IMG/VR virus record: IMGVR_UViG_3300035698_017437
Span: 1 to 64,000 of that record
DNA: 64,000 nucleotides
Origin: a virus
Reading direction: 5' to 3' (one strand)
Below are positions 48,482-58,274 of the stretch, one piece after another. The notes beneath the pieces were generated by a model. It did no database searches. It had not been told where the DNA came from and saw only the letters and a program-made list of their open reading frames with translations. Positions within the stretch are counted from its first letter, which is position 1. Each line of letters starts with the position of its first letter. Made by a program: the position numbers and the translations under genes.

Positions 48482-49162
48482 ATGAAAACATATAATGACT
48501 TTATGAACGAGAATACTCCTAGGATAAAAAATGGAGTATTCTCACGTGAATTGAATAAAGTAAAATCTAAAGTTGTGTCTAGGGATTTATCACCTCAAAA
48601 GTTTACTGATATTATTGCTGGTGTTCTTGATAATTGGTCAATTGAGGTAGATAAATTTGTTGATCCTAATGTAGATTCTGGTACGGTAAATGTAGATGCT
48701 GGATTCGTAGAACCTGATGATGAGAGTGAATCTGGAGTAGATTTGAATGTTGTATTTAGTCCTGAAGATAAGACAATTCAATTAGATGCTAAATCTTGGA
48801 AGGTATTTGTTAATCTTGTTTCTGATGCTTTGGTGCATGAGTTTCTACATTCTGCCCAAAAATCATCTAGAGGAAGTAAAAGTCAAAGAGAATTGACAGG
48901 TAAAGAATTGAAAGGAGTGAACTCTAATGATTCTGATTTTTCTTATTACGGTAATCAAGATGAAATGGAAGCCTTTGCTGTAAATGCCGCATCTGAACTA
49001 AAAAGAAAGTTTGGTTCCAAAAAACGTGTAATGAAAAAGCTTTCCAATTATTCAAAAATAACACTAAAAGATTCTCCATCTTTTGATTCATACCTAGAAC
49101 ATTTCAAAAAAGATAGCATTCTCATGAAAAAATTTGTGAAGATGGTTATCAAATATCTATAA
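48482..49162 (+). CDS. Internal head protein with zincin-like HExxH domain
   Basis: MKTYNDFMNE targeting sequence; HEFLH..Q, YY...DEMEAFA. Confidence 0.65.
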   Translation: MKTYNDFMNENTPRIKNGVFSRELNKVKSKVVSRDLSPQKFTDIIAGVLDNWSIEVDKFVDPNVDSGTVNVDAGFVEPDDESESGVDLNVVFSPEDKTIQLDAKSWKVFVNLVSDALVHEFLHSAQKSSRGSKSQRELTGKELKGVNSNDSDFSYYGNQDEMEAFAVNAASELKRKFGSKKRVMKKLSNYSKITLKDSPSFDSYLEHFKKDSILMKKFVKMVIKYL

Positions 49163-49206
49163 GTAATACCAGAACGCAAAATAATAACCTATATTAGGAG
49201 ATAATA

Positions 49207-49734
49207 ATGGGAACGTCAAAAACTCAACCAGCTGGTTGGATGTATAATAACGGTAATGGATCCACAGCGGTTGGTGATGTAATTGCCACTGAACGAGGAT
49301 GGGAACTAAAAAATCCTGATGGAGAAAATGAGGTACTTCAATGTATGTCAGGACTTCTTGATGCTGTTGTAAACGCAATTGTCACAGGATATAGTACTCC
49401 TGCTGGCGAATATGATGTAACTGCTGGAGACATTGTTTCTTTCTCCTTCTCTTTCAATGAAGCTGTAACAGTTGTTGGAGTACCTCAAATCACTTTCAAT
49501 GCTAATTCTATTCCTGTGGTTGCTGATTATAGTTTTGTAGAAAGTGATGATAATACTTTAGTATTTGAATGGACTGCTGTAGGATTAGCAGGACCGATTG
49601 ATACTGTAGTTACTTCAATCTCACTGAATAGTGGAACAATCCAAGATTCTGATTTGAATAATGTTGAACTTTCATTTGCTACTGTTAGGGGATCTGCTTA
49701 TGTTCAACCTATAGCGACTGTGATAGTATCATAA
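49207..49734 (+). CDS. Ig-like virion protein
   Basis: ATERGW motif; FNEAVTV.G.P Ig-like beta sandwich. Confidence 0.6.
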   Translation: MGTSKTQPAGWMYNNGNGSTAVGDVIATERGWELKNPDGENEVLQCMSGLLDAVVNAIVTGYSTPAGEYDVTAGDIVSFSFSFNEAVTVVGVPQITFNANSIPVVADYSFVESDDNTLVFEWTAVGLAGPIDTVVTSISLNSGTIQDSDLNNVELSFATVRGSAYVQPIATVIVS

Positions 49735-49737
49735 TAG

Positions 49738-50088
49738 ATGATTCTAACTAAAGAAAACTATACATTCTATGCCATGAGGAATTATAATAATTCTTGCGTC
49801 AATTCTATTGAAGAGTTTCAAAGTGATTTAAATAGGATTGAATGTATGAAAAGGATATTCGGAAAATATACAAATACTGGCAAGATAAATGTCAGATTGA
49901 CAATAAATCATTTCATTATTCTAACGAATGTGTTTGGAAAGTTTGCTGTTGATTTGATATATCTTTTGATTTCTGGATATCCATTATGTGTAAATTCTTT
50001 ATTGCTTTCTATGTCATATCTTGATTTAGAGAAGAATGTGGAATTTGATGTGGAATTATATAGATTGATAAAAGAGGAAATCCGATAA
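49738..50088 (+). CDS. Conserved T4-like hypothetical protein
   Basis: LT.EN...YA..NY.N.C....EEF..DL.R...KR...Y...RL..NH.IIL.NVFG. Confidence 0.75.
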   Translation: MILTKENYTFYAMRNYNNSCVNSIEEFQSDLNRIECMKRIFGKYTNTGKINVRLTINHFIILTNVFGKFAVDLIYLLISGYPLCVNSLLLSMSYLDLEKNVEFDVELYRLIKEEIR

Positions 50089-50089
50089 T

Positions 50090-50776
50090 ATGTCTACGGC
50101 AATTGATACATATTTTGCATATAGGTTAGTAAGAACTATTGCTACTCCTTGGGTAAAACAGCCAGCATATAAGGCAGGAATAATCAATGAAAAAGGTCAG
50201 GTAATAAAACCAGCTTCAGAAAGATCTGGCGAAGATAATAAAATTTATAATTCTTTTACAAAATTGGGATTTTCTATTAAGCGAATTATAGAAAAAATGC
50301 CTGGTGGTAAAAGTAAAGTTGCTTCCTATGCGTCGGCCATGTTTTTATTGAAAGAAGCATATGAAACTGGTCTATTGAATTCTTTGAATGAAGAAAGTAT
50401 TGTTATGGTAGCTGGCGCTTTACCTTCAGTAGATTTACCTTTAGATGCTCGTTTAGCTAGAAGAAAAACGAAAAAGAAAAACTCCAATAAAGAGGAAGGA
50501 AGAGGAATGAAACTCTTAGATAGAATAAAAAACATATCCATAAAAGATGAAGATATTGATGAGACAGTAGAAACCGTATTCAGGGATGGCAAAAGGATCA
50601 AGAGAACTAAACCTAAAAAATCCCAAGCAAATAAAAATTCTGGAATGTCTAAAGCTGCTAGAAAAGTTTCAGCAAGAAAAGCTGCCAAGACAAAAAAGAA
50701 TAACCCATCTGGACAAAAGAAAGCCCTCAAAAAAAGGAAGAAAACCAATAAGAAGAGATCCCTCTCAGGACTATAA
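50090..50776 (+). CDS. Conserved T4-like protein with basic gp68-like C-tail
   Basis: D....YR......TPW....AYK.GII.E.G; C-terminal RK..ARKAAKTKK...KRKKT.KKR..GL. Confidence 0.65.
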   Translation: MSTAIDTYFAYRLVRTIATPWVKQPAYKAGIINEKGQVIKPASERSGEDNKIYNSFTKLGFSIKRIIEKMPGGKSKVASYASAMFLLKEAYETGLLNSLNEESIVMVAGALPSVDLPLDARLARRKTKKKNSNKEEGRGMKLLDRIKNISIKDEDIDETVETVFRDGKRIKRTKPKKSQANKNSGMSKAARKVSARKAAKTKKNNPSGQKKALKKRKKTNKKRSLSGL

Positions 50777-50781
50777 TTGTA

Positions 50782-50818
50782 TTGACTTCTAGTTCTATAC
50801 ATGATATAATACATTATG
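50782..50818 (+). promoter_or_regulatory. Truncated PeSL-like promoter (copy 6), leaderless start of MTase
   Basis: TTGACT-17-TATAAT; ATG 5 nt later; no SD. Confidence 0.75.
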
Positions 50819-51619
50819 ATAAAATCAGACAAACATTATACAAGTGGAGTTTTAGTAGAAGAATGCCTGTCCTTATTGAATATAGAGTCTTTTGATGTGA
50901 TCATTGAACCTTCTGCTGGTAATGGGATGTTTTTGAAACAATTGCCTGAGAATACAATAGCTTTTGATATTCTGCCAGAAATGGATGGAATTATAGAAGG
51001 AGATTTCTTAAAGTCAAAAAGTTTAGTTCCGAAAGGAAAAAACGTGTTGACTGTGGGAAATCCTCCTTTTGGTTATAGAAGTCAGTTAGCTATTGAATTT
51101 TTCAATTATGCATCTATCTTCTCTCATACTATAGCTTTCATCCTTCCAAGATCTTTCAGAAAAGTTTATATTCAAAACCAATTAGTTTCTAATTTCCATT
51201 TAGTAAAAGATATTGATTTAGAATCTGATTTCCACACGGGAACAACAGCTAGAACATGTTTTCAAATCTGGACAAAATATCCATACAAAAGAAAGAAAAT
51301 CATATTAGATAAAGAATGTTCAGATTTTAGTATAGTATCTCAAGGAAATTCTTTTGATATATCCAAAGCAGATTTTTCTATTAGAAGAACAGGATGGAAA
51401 GATGTGGGCGAGGTATATTCTTCAGAAGAATCTTTACCAATAACACAGTTTATTTTTATAAATAGTAATATTGATATTGATTTATTGAAAGATAGATTAT
51501 TATCTTTACCTATGATGGAAGTTGCTTTGAATACTTCCATGGCTCCTACTTTCACTATAGGAGAATTATTCACAGAATATAATAAAAAATACTCCTCAAA
51601 CATATTGAAATTCCTATGA
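50816..51619 (+). CDS. Amino-(N6-adenine-type) DNA methyltransferase
   Basis: D.HYT, IEPSAGNG.F (motif I), GNPPFG (motif IV), IAFILP. Confidence 0.88.
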   Translation: MIKSDKHYTSGVLVEECLSLLNIESFDVIIEPSAGNGMFLKQLPENTIAFDILPEMDGIIEGDFLKSKSLVPKGKNVLTVGNPPFGYRSQLAIEFFNYASIFSHTIAFILPRSFRKVYIQNQLVSNFHLVKDIDLESDFHTGTTARTCFQIWTKYPYKRKKIILDKECSDFSIVSQGNSFDISKADFSIRRTGWKDVGEVYSSEESLPITQFIFINSNIDIDLLKDRLLSLPMMEVALNTSMAPTFTIGELFTEYNKKYSSNILKFL

Positions 51620-51644
51620 AAAATTTAAACATTTTCTATCTGAA

Positions 51645-52913
51645 ATGACTCTTGTAGACAGAACTCAAGGTTCTTATGAAGCAGGAACAAAAATAAAGTT
51701 CTCCTCTTCAATCAATAAAACAGTGAAAGGAGCTTTATTATCTGTTCCTGGTTTTGATATAAAAAATGGTCTTGAAATATCAGATATGTCTATAAATGAT
51801 ATTGAAACTGGTTCAGGAGAGCGTTTCATTTTCTTGAAAAATGGAAAGATCCATATCAAATTGTTTGGCAACTCTTCGGAATTGAATAATGCTTTCAATA
51901 AAATGGGAGGCGGAAAGTCAGATACACATAGACTCACAAGAGTAAAAGAAGCCGCTTCCTTGATAGTATTCAAAGCATATCAAGAAGGCGATTCTACTCC
52001 ATCTTTTGATGAAGTTGAAGCAGATCTACCTTTCTATAATGCGGATCCTAAATTATTTATTGAAAAACATTATACTTCTGCTATTCTCCAATTAACATCT
52101 TATAAGAAAATAGGTGTTCTAAGAGGTGGATCTTATCTATTTGAATTTCAAGGAGATAAATTTTCAAAACCAATATACACCTTAGCAAAAAAGTTGTCTG
52201 GAATAGGTTCTGCTGATAATTGGAATCCTGCTGATTTATGGATATTCCAACATGGATTCACCGGACAGATTCAAGAAGAGTTATCAAGAATAAACAATAT
52301 CGCTCAATTGAATTTTTGGATTAGAGAAAATTTTGTCAAGGGAAATTTATGTCCAATATCACTCAAACAAGCATCTGGGAAATCTATCATTGAATTGGTA
52401 AATCCCATAAAATATAAAAATAGAAAATTGAAATATGATTTTACGTTATCTTCAATAAAAATTACTCCAACAATGAAAGCAATGTTTATTGAGACTAAAT
52501 CTGGATATACTCTCAAAACAAACGCAAGAGCTAAAGAGAATGATCCTACTTTATATTTTGAAGGGACATTCACTAAAGAAAATTTCTCTATGGGAGCTAT
52601 TGGAGCTAAAGAATGGAAACGATACACAAATAATAAATTGAGAAATGGTAAGAAATTTAAATTCAATGATATGGATCTATTCAAAGCAACTTCCATATTT
52701 CTCAAATATAAAAAATATATTCAAATAAAAAAATCTGTGGGATTGTTTGATCCAGATTTTGATTCTTTAGGTGATATCCAGAAACGTCTATATATATCCC
52801 AAGCAGATGTATTGGAGTTTGTGATGAAAGATTATCATGATGTTATCAAATATTCATTTTTTAGTGCGATGAAAGTAACTGACCTCAACTCTATGTATAT
52901 TAAGATCAAGTAA
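51645..52913 (+). CDS. Putative PD-(D/E)XK nuclease
   Basis: T...E, DNWNPADLW and ISLK motifs; adjacent to MTase. Confidence 0.55.
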   Translation: MTLVDRTQGSYEAGTKIKFSSSINKTVKGALLSVPGFDIKNGLEISDMSINDIETGSGERFIFLKNGKIHIKLFGNSSELNNAFNKMGGGKSDTHRLTRVKEAASLIVFKAYQEGDSTPSFDEVEADLPFYNADPKLFIEKHYTSAILQLTSYKKIGVLRGGSYLFEFQGDKFSKPIYTLAKKLSGIGSADNWNPADLWIFQHGFTGQIQEELSRINNIAQLNFWIRENFVKGNLCPISLKQASGKSIIELVNPIKYKNRKLKYDFTLSSIKITPTMKAMFIETKSGYTLKTNARAKENDPTLYFEGTFTKENFSMGAIGAKEWKRYTNNKLRNGKKFKFNDMDLFKATSIFLKYKKYIQIKKSVGLFDPDFDSLGDIQKRLYISQADVLEFVMKDYHDVIKYSFFSAMKVTDLNSMYIKIK

Positions 52914-53024
52914 AAATACATCTTGACAGACGGAAAGAAATCATGTATAATAGATATACATTGGAGCTAAGGCTTATAGAGAACATCTTTATAGACCTTT
53001 TTATTTTAAAAAATAGGAGAAATT

Positions 53025-53333
53025 ATGAGTGAAGAATTTACTGGACTAGGAGAATTTGTAGTCCAGAAAACAGGAAATAGGCAAAGAAAAACGGATATTC
53101 ATTGGCAAGATATGCCTGAATTTGTTCAAGAAAAGGAAGAACCTTATGCTAAGATAATTGTCCGATTTGAAACAAAAGAAGACCTAGACGATTTCTCCTC
53201 TAAAATTGGTCAAGATGTTCCTAAAGGCAATCCTTCTATTTGGCATCCAAAACTTCAAAGAGGGAAAAATTCAAATAAACGTTATGTTGATGATACTCCT
53301 TTTATTGGTGAAACTTTAACAGAGGATGATTGA
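53025..53333 (+). CDS. Small partner of TAGT glycosyltransferase
   Basis: W.DMPEF.Q, IVRFET.ED...F...IGQ, SIWHP. Confidence 0.65.
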   Translation: MSEEFTGLGEFVVQKTGNRQRKTDIHWQDMPEFVQEKEEPYAKIIVRFETKEDLDDFSSKIGQDVPKGNPSIWHPKLQRGKNSNKRYVDDTPFIGETLTEDD

Positions 53334-54211
53334 TGATATTAGATCCTAATCAGCCCAGATATCCCATTTACGTTGTTTCGAAAGGTAGATGGGAATCAAG
53401 ACTAACAGGCAAAGCTTTAGAAAAATTGAATCTATTTTACTATATGGTAATTGAAGAACAAGAATATGATCAATATGCCGCAGTAATGGATGAAAATAAG
53501 TTACTTGTCCTTGATAAACAATATCAAGTTGATTATGAAACTCTTGACGATTTAGGAGACACAAAAAGTAAAGGGCCTGGACCAGCAAGAAATTTCTGTT
53601 GGAATCATTCTTTAGAGAATGGAGATAAACGCCATTTTGTAATGGATGATAATTTCTCAGCGTTTTATCGCTTGAATAGAAACGTCAGAGTTGAGGTTAC
53701 TTCAGGAAATATATTCAGAGCCGCTGAAGATTTTGTGGATAGATATACTAATGTTCCAATCTCAGGACTCAATTATAGATTCTTCTGTATTCCTACAGAA
53801 TATTATCCTCCTTATGTAACAAACACTAGGATTTATTCTTGTTTGCTTATTGAAAATGATATTCCTTATCGTTGGAGAGGAAGATATAATGAAGATACGA
53901 TAATTTGTCTTGATGTATTGAAAGATGGATTATGTACAATTCAATTCAACGCATTTCTTTGCGGCAAAGTTGGCACCCAGACCCTGAAAGGTGGTAATAC
54001 AGAGGCTTTTTATGATAAGGAAGGCACATTAGCAAAATCTCAAATGTTAGAAGATGTTCATCCCGATGTTGCTAGAGTTGCCTGGAAATTCCGGCGTTGG
54101 CACCATGAGGTCAATTATCGTCCATTCAAGAAGAATATCTTGATAAAAAAAGAAGATATTATTGTTCCTAAAGGGATTAATAATTATAATATGAAACTTA
54201 CGGAGATATAA
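53330..54211 (+). CDS. TET-associated glycosyltransferase (TAGT/GREB1-like)
   Basis: YPIYVVSKGR, GPGPARNF.W, H.VMDDN, NTRIYSC.LI, WRGRYNEDT, GGNT. Confidence 0.82.
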   Translation: MMILDPNQPRYPIYVVSKGRWESRLTGKALEKLNLFYYMVIEEQEYDQYAAVMDENKLLVLDKQYQVDYETLDDLGDTKSKGPGPARNFCWNHSLENGDKRHFVMDDNFSAFYRLNRNVRVEVTSGNIFRAAEDFVDRYTNVPISGLNYRFFCIPTEYYPPYVTNTRIYSCLLIENDIPYRWRGRYNEDTIICLDVLKDGLCTIQFNAFLCGKVGTQTLKGGNTEAFYDKEGTLAKSQMLEDVHPDVARVAWKFRRWHHEVNYRPFKKNILIKKEDIIVPKGINNYNMKLTEI

Positions 54212-54212
54212 A

Positions 54213-54737
54213 ATGAAACAACCCACAGGTAAGATAAATTTTCATTATCAAACGACAAGATGTATTGGATCCGATGGAGAGGTGTTCTCTTATTCAGGGA
54301 CATGGGCATACAAGGGATTTGATCCAGATAAATCTTTTGATTGTCAATGTGGAACAGAAGATATTTCAGAATGTAAATGTGGAAAGGGCCAAACTCCTTG
54401 GTTGAAACCTGATTTGAATCATATCAAAAGATATGGTAGAAAATATCAATCCTTCATGGCAAAAGAATGTGATAATACATGGGAAGATCATGGAAAAGCT
54501 GTTCATGATCCAATTCTTACTTTTGAGTTTATATGTAGAAATGGAACAAAAAGTTTATTTGTTGCTGAAAATAGAATTGAAGCTGAAAACGAGCTTGATA
54601 GAATGAATAGGGAATTTTTGATTCCTTTCTGGTCAGTTGAAGAAAAAACAGAATTTAATAAACCATTAAAGATTGCTAGAAAAACGTTCAATATTATGGT
54701 ACGTGACTGGGAAGACCAGAAAAATATGGAATTATAA
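54213..54737 (+). CDS. Hypothetical Cys-containing protein
   Basis: Long ORF; RBS GGAG. Confidence 0.6.
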   Translation: MKQPTGKINFHYQTTRCIGSDGEVFSYSGTWAYKGFDPDKSFDCQCGTEDISECKCGKGQTPWLKPDLNHIKRYGRKYQSFMAKECDNTWEDHGKAVHDPILTFEFICRNGTKSLFVAENRIEAENELDRMNREFLIPFWSVEEKTEFNKPLKIARKTFNIMVRDWEDQKNMEL

Positions 54738-54738
54738 A

Positions 54739-55761
54739 ATGAACTCGTCTGTTAGTATAGACCTCAAGTATATATTATTAACAAGTAATAGATTATTACT
54801 CTTCAGAAAAAATTCTGATGGAATTTATAATTGTAGATGTCCGATTTGTCATGAAAATCCTGTGAATCCTTATACTAAGAGATTTTATTTTCTAAGGCAA
54901 CCTACTCATTGGGTAGCATTTTGTCACCGCTGTGGATATGAGGGTAATATTTACTCATATCTACTGAAATGTTTTCCTGACCTACTCAAACAATATAATT
55001 TTGATTGTGTCAAGTCAAAGATAACTTCTCCTAAAAAGGACACTGCAACCATAGACGTTACAAAATTCAAGAATACTCTAAAGAAAATAGTTTATGGTAG
55101 ATTTGAATATGATGATCTAATAAAATTTGAAGATTTGAAAGATGGACATCCAGCAAAAGAATATGTGAGAGGTAGAGGATTATTAGGAAAACCTATATAT
55201 CTCTGTATGAATTTCTTTGAGTTTTTGAGGTCTCAAAAGATTCATGGAGAATATGTTAATTTAAAATATAATAAAGAGCCAAGATTGATTATTCCATTTT
55301 ATAATGAGAATGGAGAAAGTGATATTTTTCAAGGTAGATCATTCTCAAAAAAGGGAATTAGATACTTGACTATTAAATCCAATAATGATATACTAAAGAT
55401 ATATGGATTAGAAAGAGTTGATTGGAATAAGCCGGTATATTGTTTAGAAGGACCCATTGACTCTTTATTCATAGACAATAGCATAGCATTAGCTGGCTCT
55501 GTTTGTGGAGATTCAATGTTTGATGATAAACATGTTGTATTCATTTTTGATAATGAGCCTCGGAGTAGAGAAATAATAAAACAGATGGAAGCTAGGAGGA
55601 TTCAAGGCCATTCAATATTCATTCCTGAATCTGATTGGACATATAATGATATAAATGATGCGGTAATTGCTGGAGTAAAAGATACTCAATCCTATATTGA
55701 TGCTCACATCTATTCTGGATTGAAGGCAAAATTGGAGATGATAAAATGGAAAAAGATTTAG
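54739..55761 (+). CDS. gp61: DNA primase gp61
   Basis: CRCPIC..CHRCG zinc domain, RLIIPF, FQGRS, EGPIDSLF, DNEPR, DIND. Confidence 0.95.
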   Translation: MNSSVSIDLKYILLTSNRLLLFRKNSDGIYNCRCPICHENPVNPYTKRFYFLRQPTHWVAFCHRCGYEGNIYSYLLKCFPDLLKQYNFDCVKSKITSPKKDTATIDVTKFKNTLKKIVYGRFEYDDLIKFEDLKDGHPAKEYVRGRGLLGKPIYLCMNFFEFLRSQKIHGEYVNLKYNKEPRLIIPFYNENGESDIFQGRSFSKKGIRYLTIKSNNDILKIYGLERVDWNKPVYCLEGPIDSLFIDNSIALAGSVCGDSMFDDKHVVFIFDNEPRSREIIKQMEARRIQGHSIFIPESDWTYNDINDAVIAGVKDTQSYIDAHIYSGLKAKLEMIKWKKI

Positions 55762-56015
55762 ATTTGGATTTTACTTGTGAAGAGATAATTCCTGAGCCTG
55801 ATATGTGCGGTTGCGAGGAGTGTGATTGGCAAGGAAGAATTGAGGATTGCGAGAAGGAAATGGACTCTGAGGGTTGGGACTATCCAGAATATACTGTATG
55901 GAAATGTCCGGCTTGTGAGGATGGTTATATATCTGATTGGTGGAATAGTGAAGATATTCCAGACTTTGAAGATGGTCCAGAATTTGAGGGATGGGAGGAA
56001 AGAAGTGGGAAATAA
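55746..56015 (+). CDS. Acidic zinc-ribbon protein
   Basis: C..CDW.G, CPAC. Confidence 0.6.
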   Translation: MEKDLDLDFTCEEIIPEPDMCGCEECDWQGRIEDCEKEMDSEGWDYPEYTVWKCPACEDGYISDWWNSEDIPDFEDGPEFEGWEERSGK

Positions 56016-56244
56016 TATGAAGTGTGTATTGCCAAAAGAAATGTGGTATTCTTATAATAAATCTACCACCTTTCAAAACTGTATACTTTTCTTATAATAT
56101 GGCAAGATTGACAACTACAATAAAGGAAGATATTTCATGTTACGGATATTCACTTAGTGATAGAGGTCGAGTCAGAGAAGGTTATCATAATTGTTGGGAA
56201 AGAGAATTTATCTTCGACAAAGTGAAATAATATGAAGAATAGTG

Positions 56245-56322
56245 TTGACTTCTCATTCTATACATGTTATAATAGTGTATAGCAAATGAGAAATACCTAA
56301 TTCAAAATGAGGATTCAAAATG
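56245..56322 (+). promoter_or_regulatory. PeSL-like cassette copy 7
   Basis: Near-identical to copy 4; ATG at +75. Confidence 0.9.
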
Positions 56323-56535
56323 AAAATAACCAAAACAGTAAAATTAGAAAGACTTCCTATTTATGCCTCTGCTACTGCCTCTAATGGCAAGATTATAGAA
56401 CGAAAAGTTTCTTTTGATACCGAAAAGGAAGTTGCTATTATCAATCCTGGCAAAAATCAAAAAGTTATGAGTTTTAGTCCTACCCATAACATCCTTGAGA
56501 CTTCTACATTGAAATATCAAATCATCAATTTCTAA
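56320..56535 (+). CDS. Hypothetical early protein
   Basis: Starts at the cassette ATG. Confidence 0.65.
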   Translation: MKITKTVKLERLPIYASATASNGKIIERKVSFDTEKEVAIINPGKNQKVMSFSPTHNILETSTLKYQIINF

Positions 56536-56621
56536 TAGGAGAGAAAATCAAATATGATTCAGAGAATAAAGAAACGATAACTGAACTTTGTGACATAATT
56601 TCCACAGGGAGAGTATAACTA

Positions 56622-57794
56622 ATGAGTGTTAAAATTGATTCTATTGTAAAATATCAAAAAGATAAGAAAGATAAAATTCGCCTGTGGGAAATCTGGGTAG
56701 AAGGTAATGAAGATGAAACAGCAACAATCTGTTCAAAATCTGGTCTTCTTACAGGAAAACAGAATATAAAAAAAACTCCAATCAAAAAGGGAACTAATAT
56801 CGGAAGAGCGAATGAAAAAACACCTCTTCAAGTTGCTATCGCTAAAATGGAGAAAAAGGCAAAAGAGAAATATGAAGACAACTGGGTAGGGAATATTGAG
56901 GATGTTGATTTGCCTCGAGAATTCACTAAACCTCAGTTGGCTAATAAGATGAAAGATAGTAAAATTGATCCTGATTCTACTCTTTCTCCTAAGATGGACG
57001 GAATTAGAGGAACTCAATTTCTTCATATTGGAGAAAGAGAATTAGTATCAAGAGATAGGAATCAATTTGTAAATGTTCCTCATATTGAGAAAGCTTTATT
57101 AGAAGTGTTTGGTGAATATTCGCCTGATGGGGAGATTTATAAACATGGTCATGTATTTCAGGAGATTAGTAGTAGAGTAAAGAAAGTTCATAATGATCCA
57201 AATGAGGTCAATGATGAAGGTTGGGAACTAATGACAAAGGATCTTGAATTTTGGATATTTGATCTTGCTATTCCTGACAAAACATATATTGAGCGTAAAG
57301 CTATTATTCAAGATCTTGTTCCTGAAGACCATCCTATTATCAAAATTGTTCCATCAATTCCTTATGAAAACTTTGATCAGATGGAAGATTATCATGATGA
57401 AATGTTTCGTCTTGGATTTGAGGGATGTATGATCAATAAGAATCAAGCTGAATATGGATTCAATGATCGTTCTTGGGATCTCCAGAAATATAAAAAATTC
57501 TTTGATAGAGAATATGAAATTGTAGGTGTCTCATATGAAGATTATCATGATGTGTTGAAGGATACTTTTCATAAATCTGTAAAATGGGTATGTGTTACTC
57601 CTGAAGGTATTGAATTTGATGTTCGACCTAAAGGATCTCATGCTTCTAGAATCAAAATTTATGAGAATAATCCAGAACAATTTATTGGATCTGAGGTTAC
57701 GGTTAGATATCAAGAATTATCTGAAGATTTAGTTCCAAGATTTGGTCAGGGAGTTGGAATTATTGAAAGTGAGGGGTTTAGAGATTATGAATAA
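56622..57794 (+). CDS. ATP-dependent DNA ligase
   Basis: PKMDGIR (motif I), DGEIY, F.IFD, EGCMI, LQKYK, TVRYQ...VPRF. Confidence 0.92.
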   Translation: MSVKIDSIVKYQKDKKDKIRLWEIWVEGNEDETATICSKSGLLTGKQNIKKTPIKKGTNIGRANEKTPLQVAIAKMEKKAKEKYEDNWVGNIEDVDLPREFTKPQLANKMKDSKIDPDSTLSPKMDGIRGTQFLHIGERELVSRDRNQFVNVPHIEKALLEVFGEYSPDGEIYKHGHVFQEISSRVKKVHNDPNEVNDEGWELMTKDLEFWIFDLAIPDKTYIERKAIIQDLVPEDHPIIKIVPSIPYENFDQMEDYHDEMFRLGFEGCMINKNQAEYGFNDRSWDLQKYKKFFDREYEIVGVSYEDYHDVLKDTFHKSVKWVCVTPEGIEFDVRPKGSHASRIKIYENNPEQFIGSEVTVRYQELSEDLVPRFGQGVGIIESEGFRDYE

Positions 57795-58065
57795 TAGCTA
57801 TCTAGCCTTACATAAACGAGTATTATCGGTAATGGATTCTGTTCGGATAGATCTTCCTTTTGATAAAAAAAAGATCTCCTTAGATATGGCAAAAAGATAT
57901 TCCTTTATGTATATCAAAAAATGGGAAAATGATCAAGAAAATAGCCTTACGGCAGTCACGGTTTCTAGAGATTTGAAAGATTGTATCATGTATATCCATT
58001 ATGCGAAGCTATTTGCTCCAAGAGACCTTATAGATTTGAATCAGACTAAAGAAAAGTCAATTTAG
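57787..58065 (+). CDS. Hypothetical protein
   Basis: Overlaps ligase stop. Confidence 0.55.
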   Translation: MNNSYLALHKRVLSVMDSVRIDLPFDKKKISLDMAKRYSFMYIKKWENDQENSLTAVTVSRDLKDCIMYIHYAKLFAPRDLIDLNQTKEKSI

Positions 58066-58067
58066 TG

Positions 58068-58145
58068 TTGACTTCTTATTCTATACATGATATAATAGTG
58101 TATACAGAATGAAGAATACCTAATTCAAAGAGAGGATCCAAAATG
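58068..58145 (+). promoter_or_regulatory. PeSL-like cassette copy 8
   Basis: TTGACTTCTTATTCTATACATGATATAATAGTGTATACAGAATGAAGAA; ATG at +75. Confidence 0.88.
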
Positions 58146-58274
58146 AATTATTGTGAAGATTGTGATTTTTTTACTGGTGAAGAATGTGATGGTGAGTATG
58201 AAGGAACTGAAGTTTATAACGATGATGAAGCTTGTGATTTTTTTGAAGAGTTTGAGGAGGGATCATGGATTTAG
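58143..58274 (+). CDS. 43-aa acidic Cys4 peptide, not in ORF track
   Basis: MNYCEDCDFF..EC...ACDFFEE; starts at the cassette ATG. Confidence 0.65.
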   Translation: MNYCEDCDFFTGEECDGEYEGTEVYNDDEACDFFEEFEEGSWI

